In this document: positions 37,839 through 50,500 of the stretch, piece by piece
Layout: each line of letters starts with the position of its first letter
Position numbering within the stretch: the stretch's first letter is position 1
From: Azolla caroliniana
Taxonomy: Eukaryota; Plantae; Polypodiophyta
Length of the DNA: 64,000 bases
Reading direction: 5' to 3'
NCBI GenBank assembly: GCA_043228905.1
Contig: JBHGNT010000010.1
Span: 6,634,001 to 6,698,000, forward strand
Position numbers and translations under genes: made by a program
The notes under the pieces: generated by a model
Databases searched by the model: none
Told to the model about the DNA's origin: nothing
The model's input: the letters and a program-made list of their open reading frames with translations, nothing else

Positions 37839-39631
37839 TTTCTGTGTTAACCTCGGTCTGATACCAATTTGTTGCAAAACAGCGCTCGGTCACAAACCTA
37901 GGAATAGGATCAACTCACAGAAAACGGGAAATACAAAGTGCACGAAGACAATAGAGAGAAGAGTACACAGGGTGTTTTACGTGGGAAACCCTAAATGGGA
38001 AAAACCACGGGAGTCCTCTAACTCCAACTATCACTATACACAGAGATGTACAATGGTGAAGCTACAAGGCAACAACCTTGAGCTCACTGTCTTCGCCGCA
38101 GGCGGCGGTAATACACAGAGACGTCGACCTCTTCCTTTCTCTCTCTCTCTCTCTCGGCTGCTCTCACTTTGCTCTCTAGACTAAAACATAAAAATGAGCA
38201 ACAACATTTAAACTGTTTGCCCTAAGTCATATTTATACGCATATGACTTTCGGGATATTTACAAATATAGCCTCAAGGGCCCTTGGCAGACATATTCACA
38301 AATATGTCCCCGCATCCGGATCTCGCTCCGGGTACCTTCATCATCCGGCTCCGTAGCCGGGGTCTTCAGCATCCGGCTCCGTAACCGGGGTCTTCATCAT
38401 CCGGTTCCCGGACATCCGACCATCCCATCCGGAGGGACCGTAATCCCAACAGTTAATACATAAGTCCCTACCAGTGGGAGCATGGCAATGTGGGAACCTT
38501 AACTCTCCTAATTGTGTAGAGTGCCCACATTCAGTAGAATCCATACGACACGCTTTGTGGGACTGCCCAACGTCCCATAGAACATGGCGGGGGGTTAGCC
38601 GATTGTTGCAGTTATGCCAGGTGCAAGGTTCAATCAAGTATGGAAATATATGTTGGCTATCATGGCAGGCTGCAATTGGCCGATACGAGCATCAAGAGGA
38701 GGGGATGACTTTGGTGATAAAAGCACAAGAGGTTCTTTTCTCCTCCAGCGACAATGTCCACTATCTTCCTCTTAATGACAAATCTCAAGAGGTGTTGGAA
38801 TTGGTCAGCCCAATAACCCTTTGGATTCTATGGAAACAACGATGTAGGCGAGTCTTCTCCAACCAAACCACCCATCCAACAAGGTTACTGCAAGAGATAT
38901 GGAGTGAAATTGTAGCCACTCTGAAGAGCCAATATGATGGCCTTAAAGGTGGCTCCGAGGGAGTTGAAAGACAACGCATAGCCTTCATCCAACAATGGTT
39001 GTCCTCTCCCTTTCTTGAGTCAGTGGGCTTCCACATTAGATGGAACTATCGTGTCCCTTTAGGGATTTGTACATAATCGCCTCATTTGTAAAAATTTTAT
39101 AACTAATGGAAGGAGTTTTTTTTTGGAAAAAAGAAAAAAAACCACATTGCAACAAGGCAAATATTTTTACAATGTCATCTTCTCTGAGTCTCTTGAACCT
39201 CTCTTATTGAGGTTGATCCTTTTGAGGTTTGATCATTTTCTTTATATGTTGGCACCGTTAGATATATGTAGCAAAATAATGTGCTTGCCTATAAGACCTA
39301 CTTATGGATTTCAATTTGGTATGTGTAACATACTCAATATGGAGCTCAATTTGATATCTTCAAACATATAAACGGGTCACAAGAAAAGATTAAAAATATG
39401 TTTTTTTATTGGATAAAGAAATTCATTTATCATGTTTTCATTTCTTAAAAACAAAAGGCGAAACTTGAGTATGAACATAAAGAAATAAATTTGTACAAAT
39501 ATAAATGAAAAGGTGTCGTTAATCCAAGAGTATACAAATATACACCTACTAAAAAATAGTATTGAAGTAATTAACCAAGCAATATATTATACCTTGCGTA
39601 TTGATGTGTATGGTGGTGAATAACATGTACA

Positions 39632-39632
39632 A

Positions 39633-39664
<32 letters not shown>
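39632..39664. repeat. (GA)n microsatellite
   Basis: Seen directly. Confidence 0.9.
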
Positions 39665-39778
39665 TTAACGTCTTCTAAGACCAAAATTGCCCCATGAACC
39701 AATCGGTTTACAACAAAAAGGGGTATTTACCCATTCATTGAAAGTAAAACGAGAGTTAGAGAGAAAGAGAGCCCAAAT

Positions 39779-39847
39779 GGATGTAGCTTAGTTGGTAAGG
39801 TTGTCCAATGGAGACTAGGTAGTCATGGGTTCAACCCCTGTATTCCA
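39779..39847 (+). other. Degenerate tRNA-like sequence (pseudo-tRNA or tRNA-derived SINE head)
   Basis: A-box TAGCTTAGTTGG and B-box GGTTCAACCCC at tRNA spacing, partial GGA...TCC acceptor stem. No credible anticodon arm. Confidence 0.5.
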
Positions 39848-39984
39848 AAGTGGCATCTAGTGAAATAAGAGATATATATGGAGTAATAGAGAGGTGCGAA
39901 AATTGGGTTTCGAATCCAAGATGTAGTGCTAGTAGTGGGTAAGCTAATTACACCAAAAATAGAGGAGATTCATTCATTCATTCT

Positions 39985-41101
39985 TGTAAAGATTTACAAT
40001 ATGTGGAAGCTTGTGAACCAACAATTGATCGGTTATCTGGAAGATAAACAGTTTCTTAACACAGAGTGCAAGAGAGGGAGAGTGAGACTAAGTGGAGAGC
40101 AGACAACGATACACTTCTATTACCCAAAAAAATACTCAATACATAGAATTTGCTCAATAAGAACTTTTTATACAAGCCCTGAAGAGAGGGCTAATACAAG
40201 TACTGACAAGTACTTGAATGCTCATTAATTGAGCCTGACACTAACAACCTATAATATTCCTATTTACTAAAATAGGAATATAGGCCCCTAACGGCCTGTC
40301 GGATTCCATCTGACTTGACCAGGCGATTCGGTCTTCATACGATTTGGCTCTCGGTTTCTTCAACCGATTCAGGCCTAGCCCATCGGTCTTCATCCGATTC
40401 GGCTCTCGGCTTCTTCAGCCGATCCAACCCATGTTGAGCTTGCTTCTCAACACCCCCCTCAAGCTCAACTTGAGGTCCTAATGTCTAGCCGGTTCTTACC
40501 TTCGGCTTCTCTTGGCATCTTCACACCTTGCTCCCGTGCCCCTCGTCAGGCCCTTTTCAACTCCCTTGTTGTCATAGCATTGGCGCCCCTCGACCTGTCT
40601 ACTCCGTTTCGGTGTCGGCTTTGGCAGCTCTCTCATCCACCAGGCCTTCATATGATTTGGCTCTCCCAAATCAAGTTCCTCGATTGAATCAGTTGTCTCC
40701 GATTCGTCTTCTGTCTTGTTTGAATCGGTTGTCTCTGATTCACCTTCCTTTTGGCCTTTGACCACATCTGCCCATGTCCTAGTCCTAGCCTTCTTCTTTC
40801 GATCAACTTTGTCCTTCTTGACTTTGCCGCCTCCTCTGGCCGTTTCTACTTCCTCGATCGATTCAGCTACTACTTTGGCTCTCCTCTTGACTTCGACTGT
40901 CTCTTTCTCTGCTCGTTACCATTGTTCTCCTCTCCAGTTGTCCCACTTGTTCCAGTTACCCACTTGTCCTCCCCCTCAAGTGCGACACGTCGAGATGCTG
41001 TAGCCCAAGCATCTCGCAAAAGTGTTGCAACGTGTTGAGTTCGAAAATGTCGGCAACCTGTCGATAGGTTTGAACATACCAGAGTTTGAATTCATCGCTC
41101 A
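39985..41101 (-). mobile_element. 3' end of a Copia family A element (end of RNase H, post-pol extension, PPT, 3' LTR 39985-40452)
   Basis: YVQTYRQVADIF...HFCEMLGLQHLDV on minus. PPT TTGAGGGGGG abuts TGTTGAGAAGCAAGCTCAACA. Cut at 41102 by a Tork-like LTR. Confidence 0.88.
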
Positions 41102-43120
41102 TGTTGAGTTCGAATCGAATATTCGTGAGAAAGATATGTAGAAAATACACAACTTGGAATAGAAAACAACAAAATGAACAAGGTACACAATTTTACGTGG
41201 AAACCCTAAATGGGGAAAACCATGGGAGAACAGATCTTCACTATATAGTGGATATACAAGACGACGAGGTTACAACACTCTCTCAGCTATGGTGTCGTTC
41301 CCTCTCACTCACACACCCTCTCTTATCTGTCGCGCTGTCCAACAGAGGCTCACTCACAACTTTCTGTTCTACACACACACTGCTTCAACAAACTATGTTT
41401 TGCCCTAAGTATATTTATACTTATACACTATATGAGCTATTTACAAATGTAGTCCCTACTACTATGGTTACTATTATTATACTAATAACAATATTAGTCA
41501 ATCAGTCGACTGGTCGACTAGTCAATTAGACTAGCCGACTTTTATGCCGATAGTCTAGTCGGCCCGACTAGTCGGCCTTGTTGTTGACCATCTGGTTGGC
41601 ATGACTAGTTGGTCGTGTCTTCGACTTGGATCACTTGTATACTGTCGACTCTCCCTCAGTCAACTCACCATGACCTCGATTGTCGGCTCTTGGCCCAACT
41701 AGTCGGCTACTCCTTGTCATCGATTGTCGGCTCTTGGTCCGACCAGTTGGCCCTGCCCATAGGAGGGACATATTCCTTGTTGAGAGACAAGCTCAACATC
41801 GGCCAGATCGGCTGAGCAAGTCGAGGACCGGATTGGTTGGGACCGATCGGTTAGGCCGGATCGGTTGGAAACCAGTACGCAAACCGGTGCGTAGGAAGGC
41901 CGGATCGGTGCAGAAACCGGGAAGCCATCGGAAAGATATTCCGCAAGGAATATATTTGGGAGTTAGTGTAGGGGCTCCTCAATGAGCATTGAAGTACTGT
42001 CAGTACTTCTGTCAGTCCGAAAAGGACTTGTATAAAAGTGTTCATTGAACACACCCGATGTACAGATCGAGTATTATTTTTTGAATTAAGTTCTTGTGTT
42101 TACTCTCTCTCTCTGTCTCTCCCGTACGTACTGTGCAAACCTAAGCTTTCCATTAAACCTACGTTTTCTGTTGTTCGGTTTCCTATATTGCTTCCACACG
42201 CCATTCTTTTCATGGTATCAGAGCGCGAGGGTTGAGAACCTCTGCAATCGACTTTGCTTGATGGAAAAGCCAACGACGAAGAACAAGAAAACCGATGGAT
42301 AGAGGAATGGCTAGCTCGCTTCCGACGGAGAAGCTTGACAGAACCAACTATGCATCTTGGTCCTACAAGATGCACTAGTACCTGCTTGGGCATGGTTACT
42401 GGAGCTATGTCGAAGGAGTGAATGATGTGGCACCCGAATCGACACACAAAGACTTCCTGGCATGGGAACAATCGGCGAGCAGAGTGCTGTACTGTTTTGC
42501 GTCTTGTGTGGGTGAACAACTATTAAGCTACGTTCGGGATGCAAAAACGCCGAAGGGTGCGTGGGAAACTCTGAAGAAGATCTTCGCCGCGAGCACCACA
42601 GCTAGGAAGCTTTAGCTCCGACAGGAGTTAAGCAACCTACGACAACGCAATTTGTCGGTGGCTGACTATACCTCGAAGATCAAGGATGACGGGAACTACA
42701 ACGCTCCTTATGCGCAACGCTCGGCCACAACCGAGCTAAGAATAAAATAAAACACGACACAAAGAAGAGGAAGATACACAGGAGGTTTACGTGGAAAACC
42801 CCAAACTAGGGAAAAACCACGGCAGCCCACAGGCTGCAAACTATCACTATGATGGAATGTACAACAGTGAGTTCACTAAGGCAACGACCTCGTGCTCATG
42901 ATCTTCGCCATAGGCGGCGGTTACAGCAGAGGCAACGACCTCTTTCTCTCTCTATACACTGTTACGTGCTCTCTCTTCTTCTTGCACCAACAAAATGACA
43001 ACAACAACTACTAGTTTGCCCTAAGTCATATTTATACTAATATGACTTTTCGGCTATTTACAAATATAGCCTCGATGGACTATCAGAAAACATATTTATG
43101 AATATGTCTCTTCATCTGGT

Positions 43121-43385
43121 TCTCCGTAGCCGGGTACTCCTCATCCGGTTCATACCGGGTCTGCACCATCTGGCTCTCCGTAGCCGGGTCCTGCTCATCC
43201 GGTTCATACCAGGTCTGCACCATCCGGCTCTCCGTAGTCGGGTACTCCTCATCTGGTTCATGCCGGGTCTGCACCATCCGGCTCTCCGTAGCCGGGTACT
43301 CCTCATCCGGTTCATACCGGGTCTGCACCATCCGGCTCTCCGTAGCCGGGTACTCCTGATTCGGTTCATACTGGGTCTGCACCTC
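43121..43385. repeat. 54-bp tandem array in the 3' LTR U3 (5 units; 3 units in the 5' LTR at ~48017-48172)
   Basis: TCTCCGTAGCCGGGTACTCCTCATCCGGTTCATACCGGGTCTGCACCATCCGGC. Visible as 18-aa periodicity in the overlapping spurious ORFs. Confidence 0.95.
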
Positions 43386-43489
43386 ATACGGTTTCACCCT
43401 CGGCCTATCGGCCTCGGCCGAGTTTGTTCATTGGCACTGTTCTTCTCCCTTCCCATCCGGAGGGACCTGTCTCCCAACAAACTCCCCCT

Positions 43490-46400
43490 TCACTCCGGCA
43501 TGGGGTGTCTTACCAGTCCGATCCTCTTCTGGCATGCATTCAGCTTGTCGGGTGTCAGCACTTTGGTCAGCATATCTGACCCGTTCTCGGCCGTGTGGAT
43601 CTTCGTCAATGTGAACTCCTGGTCATCTACTCTTTCCCGGATCCAGTGATACCTCCGCTGGATATGCTTCGTCCGGGAATGGTAGGCTGCATTCTTAGCA
43701 AGGTGGATGGCACTTTGACTGTGGCAATAGAGTCGGTATTCATCTTGCCGGATACCGAGCTCTCCCATGAAGTCCTTCATCCATAATATTTCCTTGCCGG
43801 CTTCCACAACCGCCATGTACTCCGCCTCCGTGGTTGACAAAGCAACCGTCTTCTGCAGCCTCGACTACCACGAAACAGCTCCCCCTGCATATGTCATTAC
43901 ATACTCGGATGTAGACCTACTGGTATCCACATCAGCCGACATGTCCGAATCGGTGAAACCGTCTAGTTGAGGTTTTCCGGAGCCGAATCGGAGACACATA
44001 TTTGAAGTGCCCTTCAAATACCGGAGTATCCATTTGACCGCGTTCCAGTGCTCCTTGCCGGGATTGCTCATAAACCGGCTCACCACTCCGACTGCGTATC
44101 TTATATCCGGTCGGGTACAAACCATTGCATACATCAAGCTCCCGACGGCAGAGGCATATGGAATCTCCATCATATCCGCCTTCTCTGCTTTCGTCTTCGG
44201 GCTTTGCTTACCGGATAGCTTGCAGTCTGCCGGAAGTGTCGATCTGACCGGTTTCGCATCTGACATGTTGAACCGGTGAAGCACCTTTGTCACATACTTC
44301 TCCTGTGACAGCCATAATTGCTTCTTTGACCGGTCCCGAATGATGTGCATCCCCAACATCTGTCCTCCCGGACCCAAGTCTTTCATTGAGAAGGTCCGGT
44401 TGAGAGCCTTCTTCAGCATCCGTATTTTGACTTGGTCCCGTTCGACGATCAACATGTCATCCACGTACAGAAGGAGTATCAGGAAGTCACCTCCTTCAAA
44501 CTTCTTCACAAACATGCAGTGATCGGCCTGCGTCTTGTGGTACCCTTGATCGGTTATGAAGGAGTCGAACTTCCGGTACCATTGCCGAGGAGCCTGCTTT
44601 AGTCCGTACAGGCTCTTCTTCAGCCGGCATACCAGGTGCTCCTTCCCTTTCTCCACAAATCCTTCCGGTTGCTGCATGTAGATCTCCTCTTCGAGGTCGC
44701 CGTGAAGGAATGCCGTCTTCACGTCCAACTGCTCTACCTCAAGGTCCATGCTTGCCGCTATACTCAGCACCGCCCGGATGGAGGTCATCTTTACTACCGG
44801 GGAAAATATCTCGTCGAAGTCCACGCCCTTCTTCTGCTGGAACCCCTTCACCACGATCCTGGCTTTGTATCTCGGGGGGTTGCCAGCATCTCCCGGTTTC
44901 AACTTGTACACCCACTTGTTTCGGAGTGCCCGCTTTCCTTTCGGCAACTCCACCAATTCGTACGTATGGTTCTCATGCAGGGAATCCATCTCGTCCTGCA
45001 TAGCACTTAACCATTTTCGGCTGTGGGTGTCATCCTTCGCTTCTTTGAAGCTTTCCGGCTCCCCCTCATCGGTCAGCAGCACATGCTCTGCATCCGGAAA
45101 TCTCTGGGGGGGCCTTCTCTCTCTGAGAGGATATCTCCGTCTTTGGGCTTCGGTAGCCGGCTCCTCCATTTGCTCTTCATCCGAATCCGATTCGGGGTCT
45201 TGGCCGGTTCCGGTTTCAGCTTCCTCTACTTCTTCTTCTGCCGGTTCGGTATCCTCACCGTATTCGGCTGGTTCTTCGAGTGCTAACCGGTCTCTCGCCG
45301 GTTGGGTCTGCTCATCGTAGAGTCGGTCCTTACCGGTCGACTCGGAGTTCATTATCTTCTTCTCCGACTCCCAGTCGGCGAGTGTCTTGTCCTCCATGAA
45401 GATAATATCTCGACTCCGGAATACCTTCTTGTCGACCGGGTCCCACACTCGGTAGCCGAACTCATCGTCACCGTAACCGAGGAATATGCATGGCCGGGTC
45501 TTTGGATCTAACTTTCCTCTCCGGTCCTTTGCTACATGCACGTACGCGAGACACCCGAACACCTTCAGATGCCGGTAGGACACTTCCTTACCGGTCCATA
45601 CTCTCTGTGGCGTGTCTCCGTCCAAGGGTACTGAGGGTGATCTATTTATCACATATGTCGCCGTCGACAGTGCCTCAGCCCAAAACTTCTTGGGTAGTTT
45701 TGCATGCGCTAGCATACTCCGGACCCTCTCCATTATGGTCCGGTTCATCCTCTCGGCCAGTCCGTTTAGTTCCGACGTCTTCGGCACGGTAAATTCGAGC
45801 CGGATTCCCTTTGAGCGGCAGTACTCCTCGAACTGTCCCCGGTATTCTCCTCTATTATCTGCTCGAACCGCCTTCCGCTTCCGGCCGGTTTCTCTTTCCA
45901 CTCTCGCGTGGAGCTCTTTGAAGACGGATAGCACCTGATCCTTCGTCTTCAACGGTGTGGCCCACAGCTTCCGGCTGTGGTCATCTATAAACGTCACGAA
46001 GTACTGCGCTCCGGCATGTGACTTCGTGTCTACTTGACACACATCCGTATGCACCAACTCCAGTGGTGCATTACGTCTCGGCGGTGGCCTTGGTCGGAAG
46101 GAGGTCCGGTTCTGCTTACCGGGCAGACAATAAATGTACTTCTCTAAGTGCACGTTCTTCACTGGAATGAGGTTGTCATCTGCAAGCCTCTTCATCCCCT
46201 TCTCGCTCATATGACACAGCCTCTTGTGCCACAACTCACCGGCAGTGTCAGATGCCACGTTCACTTCTTCCGGACATAACCGGGCATTCATCAGGTACAG
46301 TGTGTTTACCTTCCGGGCCCGAGCCACAATCAGGCTCCCTTTGCTGAACTTCATGACACTGTTCCGGATGCTACCCGTGTAGCTCTCATCATCTAGCCAA

Positions 46401-47536
46401 CCGGCTGATATCAGGTTCAGTCGAACCTCCGGAACGTGTTGTACATCCTTCAGCAGCAACTTGCATCCGGTTGGTGTCGACAGCCACATGTCTCCTATGC
46501 CGACAATTTGGTATGTCCCTTCATTCCCCATCCAGACACAGCCGTGATCACCGGCTGAGTAGGATGAGAAGCATTTCCGGTCCGGGGTAAGGTGGAACGA
46601 CGCTCCAGAGTCTACCACCCAGGTCATCTTGTCGCCGGCAAGGTTTATCTCACTCTCCTCGGTGATGAGCATCAGCTCTTCTTCACTTGCCGCGATTGCC
46701 GTCGTTCCCTTCCGGTCCGTCCCCTTCCGGTCTTTTCCATTCCGGTCCGGGGTCAGCTTCGAATCGGTACCGTCGGTTTCCTTGTCTTTACGGAAATGCC
46801 GACAGTTCTTTTGGAAGTGACCCGGCTTGCCGCAATAGAAGCAAGTGGGCCTCCCCCTTGACTTTGACCGTGTCCCCGACTTCTCCCGGTTCTGGGGACT
46901 ACGGTTTCTATGTCTTCGGTGTTCCAATTCGGTAATGAGGGCTTTGGAGTCGGAGCTCGTATCTTTATCTTTCCGACGCGCCTCCTCATCTAGCAAGCTC
47001 GACTTTACTCTTGCTAGGGATAACCGTTTTCCTTCCGGCCCGGCGTTGCCCAAAGTGACAACCAACGTCTCCCAGCTATCCGGGAGGGAACCGAGCAGGA
47101 GTAGCGCTAGTACCTCATCGGCGAGAGGTACTTCCAATGACGTTGCCTGGTGGATCAGCCCCTGGAAGGCATTCATGTGCTCCGCCATGCTGGAGCCATC
47201 TTGGTACCGGAGTCTTACTAGCTTCTAGAATACCGACACCTGATTAACAACATTTTTGTTCTGAAACATTATGCCGATCTTCTCCCAGAGCTCATGAGCC
47301 TTGCTCTCTTCATTGAAGTTATTGTACAGGCTCATGTCGATGAAGCACCGTATGTACGCCGTTGTCTTCAGGTGCATCACCTCCCATATCACGGCGTCGA
47401 TTTTGTCCGGTCTCTTGTCCCCGAACTGAACCGGCAGCCAGAGGTCTTTAACCACGAGCATGTCCCTCATCTTCTACTTCCATACTGAATAGTTGGAGCC
47501 GGTGAGCTTGAACATGCCGCCAAATGATTCGTCCAT
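43490..47536 (-). pseudogene. Copia gag-pol with in-frame TAG stops (~47475, 47225, 43865)
   Basis: ORFs 47225-47470, 43865-47188 and 43490-43840 are collinear. Pol closely matches 33765-37290. Confidence 0.92.
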
Positions 47537-50500
47537 ATTTCTGTGTTGTTTCGCTCTGATACCACTTGACGGGAACTACTACGCTCCTTATGAGCAACGC
47601 TCGGCCACAACCAAGCTAAGAATGATACACAGAATACGGGAAATAAAACACGACACAAAGAAGAGGAAGATAAACAGGAGGTTTACGTGGAAAACCCCAA
47701 ACTGGGGAAAAACCACGGCAACCCACAGGTTGCAAACTATCACTATGATGGAATGTACAACAGTGAGTTCACTAAGGCAACGACCTCGTGCTCACGATCT
47801 TCGCCACGGGCGGCGGTTACAACAGAGGCAACAACCTCTTTCTCTCTCTATACACTGTTACGTGCTCTCTCTTCTTCTTGCACCAACAAAATGACAACAA
47901 CAACTACTAGTTTGCCCTAAGTCATATTTATACTAATATGAATTTTCGGCTATTTACAAATATAGCCTCGATGGACTATCAGAAAACATATTTACGAATA
48001 TGTCTCTTCATCCGGTTCTCCGTAGCCGGGTACTCCTCATCCGGTTCATACTGGGTCTGCACCATCCGGCTCTCCGTAGCCGGGTCCTGCTCATCCGGTT
48101 CATACTGGGTCTGCACCATCCGGCTCTCCGTAGCCGGGTACCCCTCATCCGGTTCATACCGGGTCTGCACCTCATACGCGTTAAACCACATGACGTGCCA
48201 TAAGGAGTGGTTCTCGTACCTAGAAAAACCGATGCAACCGGGAGTAGTCGCAACCGGAGACGACACTCCGCATCTGATCGCGAATGTCGGAGAAGTTCCC
48301 CCGAGCCATGTCGGGCAGAAAGGGAAACTCATGAACGTGCTACACATTCCGACAATCACGAAGAACTTGGTGTCGGTTGGACAGATCGTCGACCAAGGGA
48401 TGGAGGTTCGGTTTACACACCTCGGATGCTTCATTGAGGAAGAAGGCCGTGTTATTGAGCAAGGGTGCAGAGATGGGAGGATGTTCATCCTCGACTCTAC
48501 TGATGGTGGCACCGCAATGTTCGCGAAGGGACAAAAAGTCGAGTCAGACATCGACTTATGGCGCAAACGGATAGGCCACGTCAACTACCAGCGGCTTCAG
48601 AACCTGCAATTGAAACAGGTGGTGCTCGGATTGCCCAAATTTAGTGGCCGGAAGGCACAAATTTGTGAAGCCTGCCAGCTTGGGAAGCAACACCGACTTC
48701 CCTTCCCCAATGAGCGTAACTGGAGCCGGAACAAGCTCGACTTGATACACTCCGATGTGTGGGGACCGGCACAAAACGTTAGTTTTGGCGGGAGCCGATA
48801 TTTTGTCTCCTTTATCGACGACTACACACGGCACACGTGGATCTACCTCATTGAGAGGAAGAGCGAAGTCTTTGACTGTTTCCAGGACCTCAAAGGGTTC
48901 GTGGAAATGGAAACAGGAAGAAAGATCAAGTGCCTGCGGTCAGATGGCGGAAAAGAATACTTTTTTGGTCAATTCAACGGTTATCTACAATAGATGGGAA
49001 AAATCGGTCGGTTGTGGAAGCAACACAGGCAATGCTGGAAGAAAAGAGCTTGCCCAAGTTCTATTGGGCTGAGGCGGTACGAACCGCGGTATACATCCAG
49101 AATCGGATTGGAGAAAAAGTGTCAGTGCACGAGCTATATTTCGGAACGAAGCCGAACTTGCGACACTTACGAGTTTTCGGTAGCATTGCGTATGTGCATG
49201 TGCCGAAGGAGAAACAGAGAAAGCTGGACGCAAAGGCCGAGAAATGTATCTTGGTCGGTTACTCGGATGAGCAGAAGGGTTATAAGTGTTATAACCTGCA
49301 CACCAAACAAGCGTGCATGAGCCGCGACGTTGTGTTTGATGAGTCCACGTCTTGGTACTTGCCTCCGACTCCGGATCTCAACTCCAATCCGAGCTCTGAC
49401 AATGAGGTCAGCGAGACTGAGATGCCTCTGGATGAGCCTGAAATCGGGACCGGTGAAGAGAGTACGATTTCGTTTCGGTTAAGCAGACCGAATGGACGAC
49501 TGAGTCGGTTCGACCAGTCCGATGAAGAGTCGGCGAGTAGTGGAGACTCGGTCGTGCATTCCCCGTGTAGGAAGCCGAGGAGACGGCTTACGCGCAAAGA
49601 GAAAGGGAAGAAGAAGGTGTCGGATTCTGGCACAGATAGGAACGAGTCAGACCGACGCGAGTCCGACTCCGAGGGAAGCAGTGACGGGTCTTCAAGAGCG
49701 AAGTCCGCGTCGGCTGAGAAGACCTCGACATCGGCTAATGACCGATTACGCCGATCTACCCACTAGAAGAACCTAGTTGTGCAGTTCGGATACAATGAGT
49801 ACATGGTGCATCATTATGCGTACATGACCCGTGTAGCGGAAGTGCGTGAGCCGGAGAGCTACGTAGAAGCGGCTAAGGACGCGAATTGGCGCGCCGCGAT
49901 GGAGGAAGAGATGCACACATTGGCGGAAAACGAGACCTAGGACCTGGTTGACGCAACAACGGTTGTGAAGCCGATCGGATGTAGGTGGGTGTACAAAGTC
50001 AAGTACAACACCGACGGCTTGGTCAACCGATACAAGGCCCGATTAGTGGCAAAAGGCTACCAGCAGAAACACGGCATCGACTATGATGAGACGTTTGCGC
50101 TGATCGCGAAGATGACGACCGTCCATGTTTTGCTCGCGGTAGCTGTGGCAAAGGGGTGGCACTTACATCAAATGGATGTAAAGAATGCGTCCCTGCAAGG
50201 TGAGCTTGAGGAATAGGTGTACATGGTACAACCCCCCAGATTTCACATCGAAACGAACATGTCGGCAGTGTGCTGATTGAAGAAGTTCCTTTACGAACTG
50301 AAGCAAGCCCCGCGTGCTTGGAACGTGAAGATCACACAACAACTGCGTCCGATGGGCTTTGCAATGTCAAAATCGGACTCTTCCCTATTCATCCGGAAAG
50401 GTCAACTCGGTCCGGTCAGTATTTTACTATATGTTGATGACTTGGTCATCATCGGTGCCGACCTAGGTGAAATCGACCGCGTGAAGCTCCAGCTTGCGGC

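Larger units (their letters stand above)
33063..38451 (-). mobile_element. Young, structurally complete Tnt1/Tork-like Ty1/Copia element
   Basis: Perfect 5-bp TSD GTTAA (33058-33062, 38452-38456). 5' LTR 37870-38451 and 3' LTR 33063-33754 are nearly identical apart from array copy number. PBS TGGTATCAGACCGAGG (37851-37866, minus). PPT GAAGGGGGAG next to 33755. Confidence 0.97.
30636..39137 (+). mobile_element. 5'-truncated L1/Tx1-like LINE (ORF2: RT plus C-terminal zinc finger), interrupted by a Copia at 33063-38451
   Basis: 16-bp TSD AAAACCACATTGCAAC (30620-30635 and 39138-39153) and an A-rich tail. RT motifs WRPITLLN, LDFEKAYDRV, VRQGCPLAP, FADDT, KYLG. C-terminal CVEC...ESIRHALWDCP. The frame rejoins across the Copia (HWLL|IHKSLPVG). 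Several stops. Confidence 0.95.
42687..48178 (-). mobile_element. Tnt1/Tork-like Copia with a divergent gag; outer end of the 5' LTR lost by deletion
   Basis: 3' LTR 42687-43479. 5' LTR 47567-48178 is truncated and joined directly to host protease ALNHMT. PBS TGGTATCAGAGCG ends at 47564 (minus). PPT next to 43480. No right-hand TSD. Confidence 0.93.

Noticed and set aside
41033-41045. TGTTGAGTTCGAA identical to the LTR terminus at 41102
   Set aside because: It lies within host RNase H codons (ADIF-ELNTL) and is explainable by a small deletion plus substitutions. No LTR body follows.
43083-43649. Repeat proteins such as (YEPDEEYPATESRMVQTR)n, and 47938-48993
   Set aside because: These are translations of the 54-bp LTR array, open in several frames because the unit is a multiple of 3. 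The 47938 ORF is a deletion-made LTR/pol fusion.
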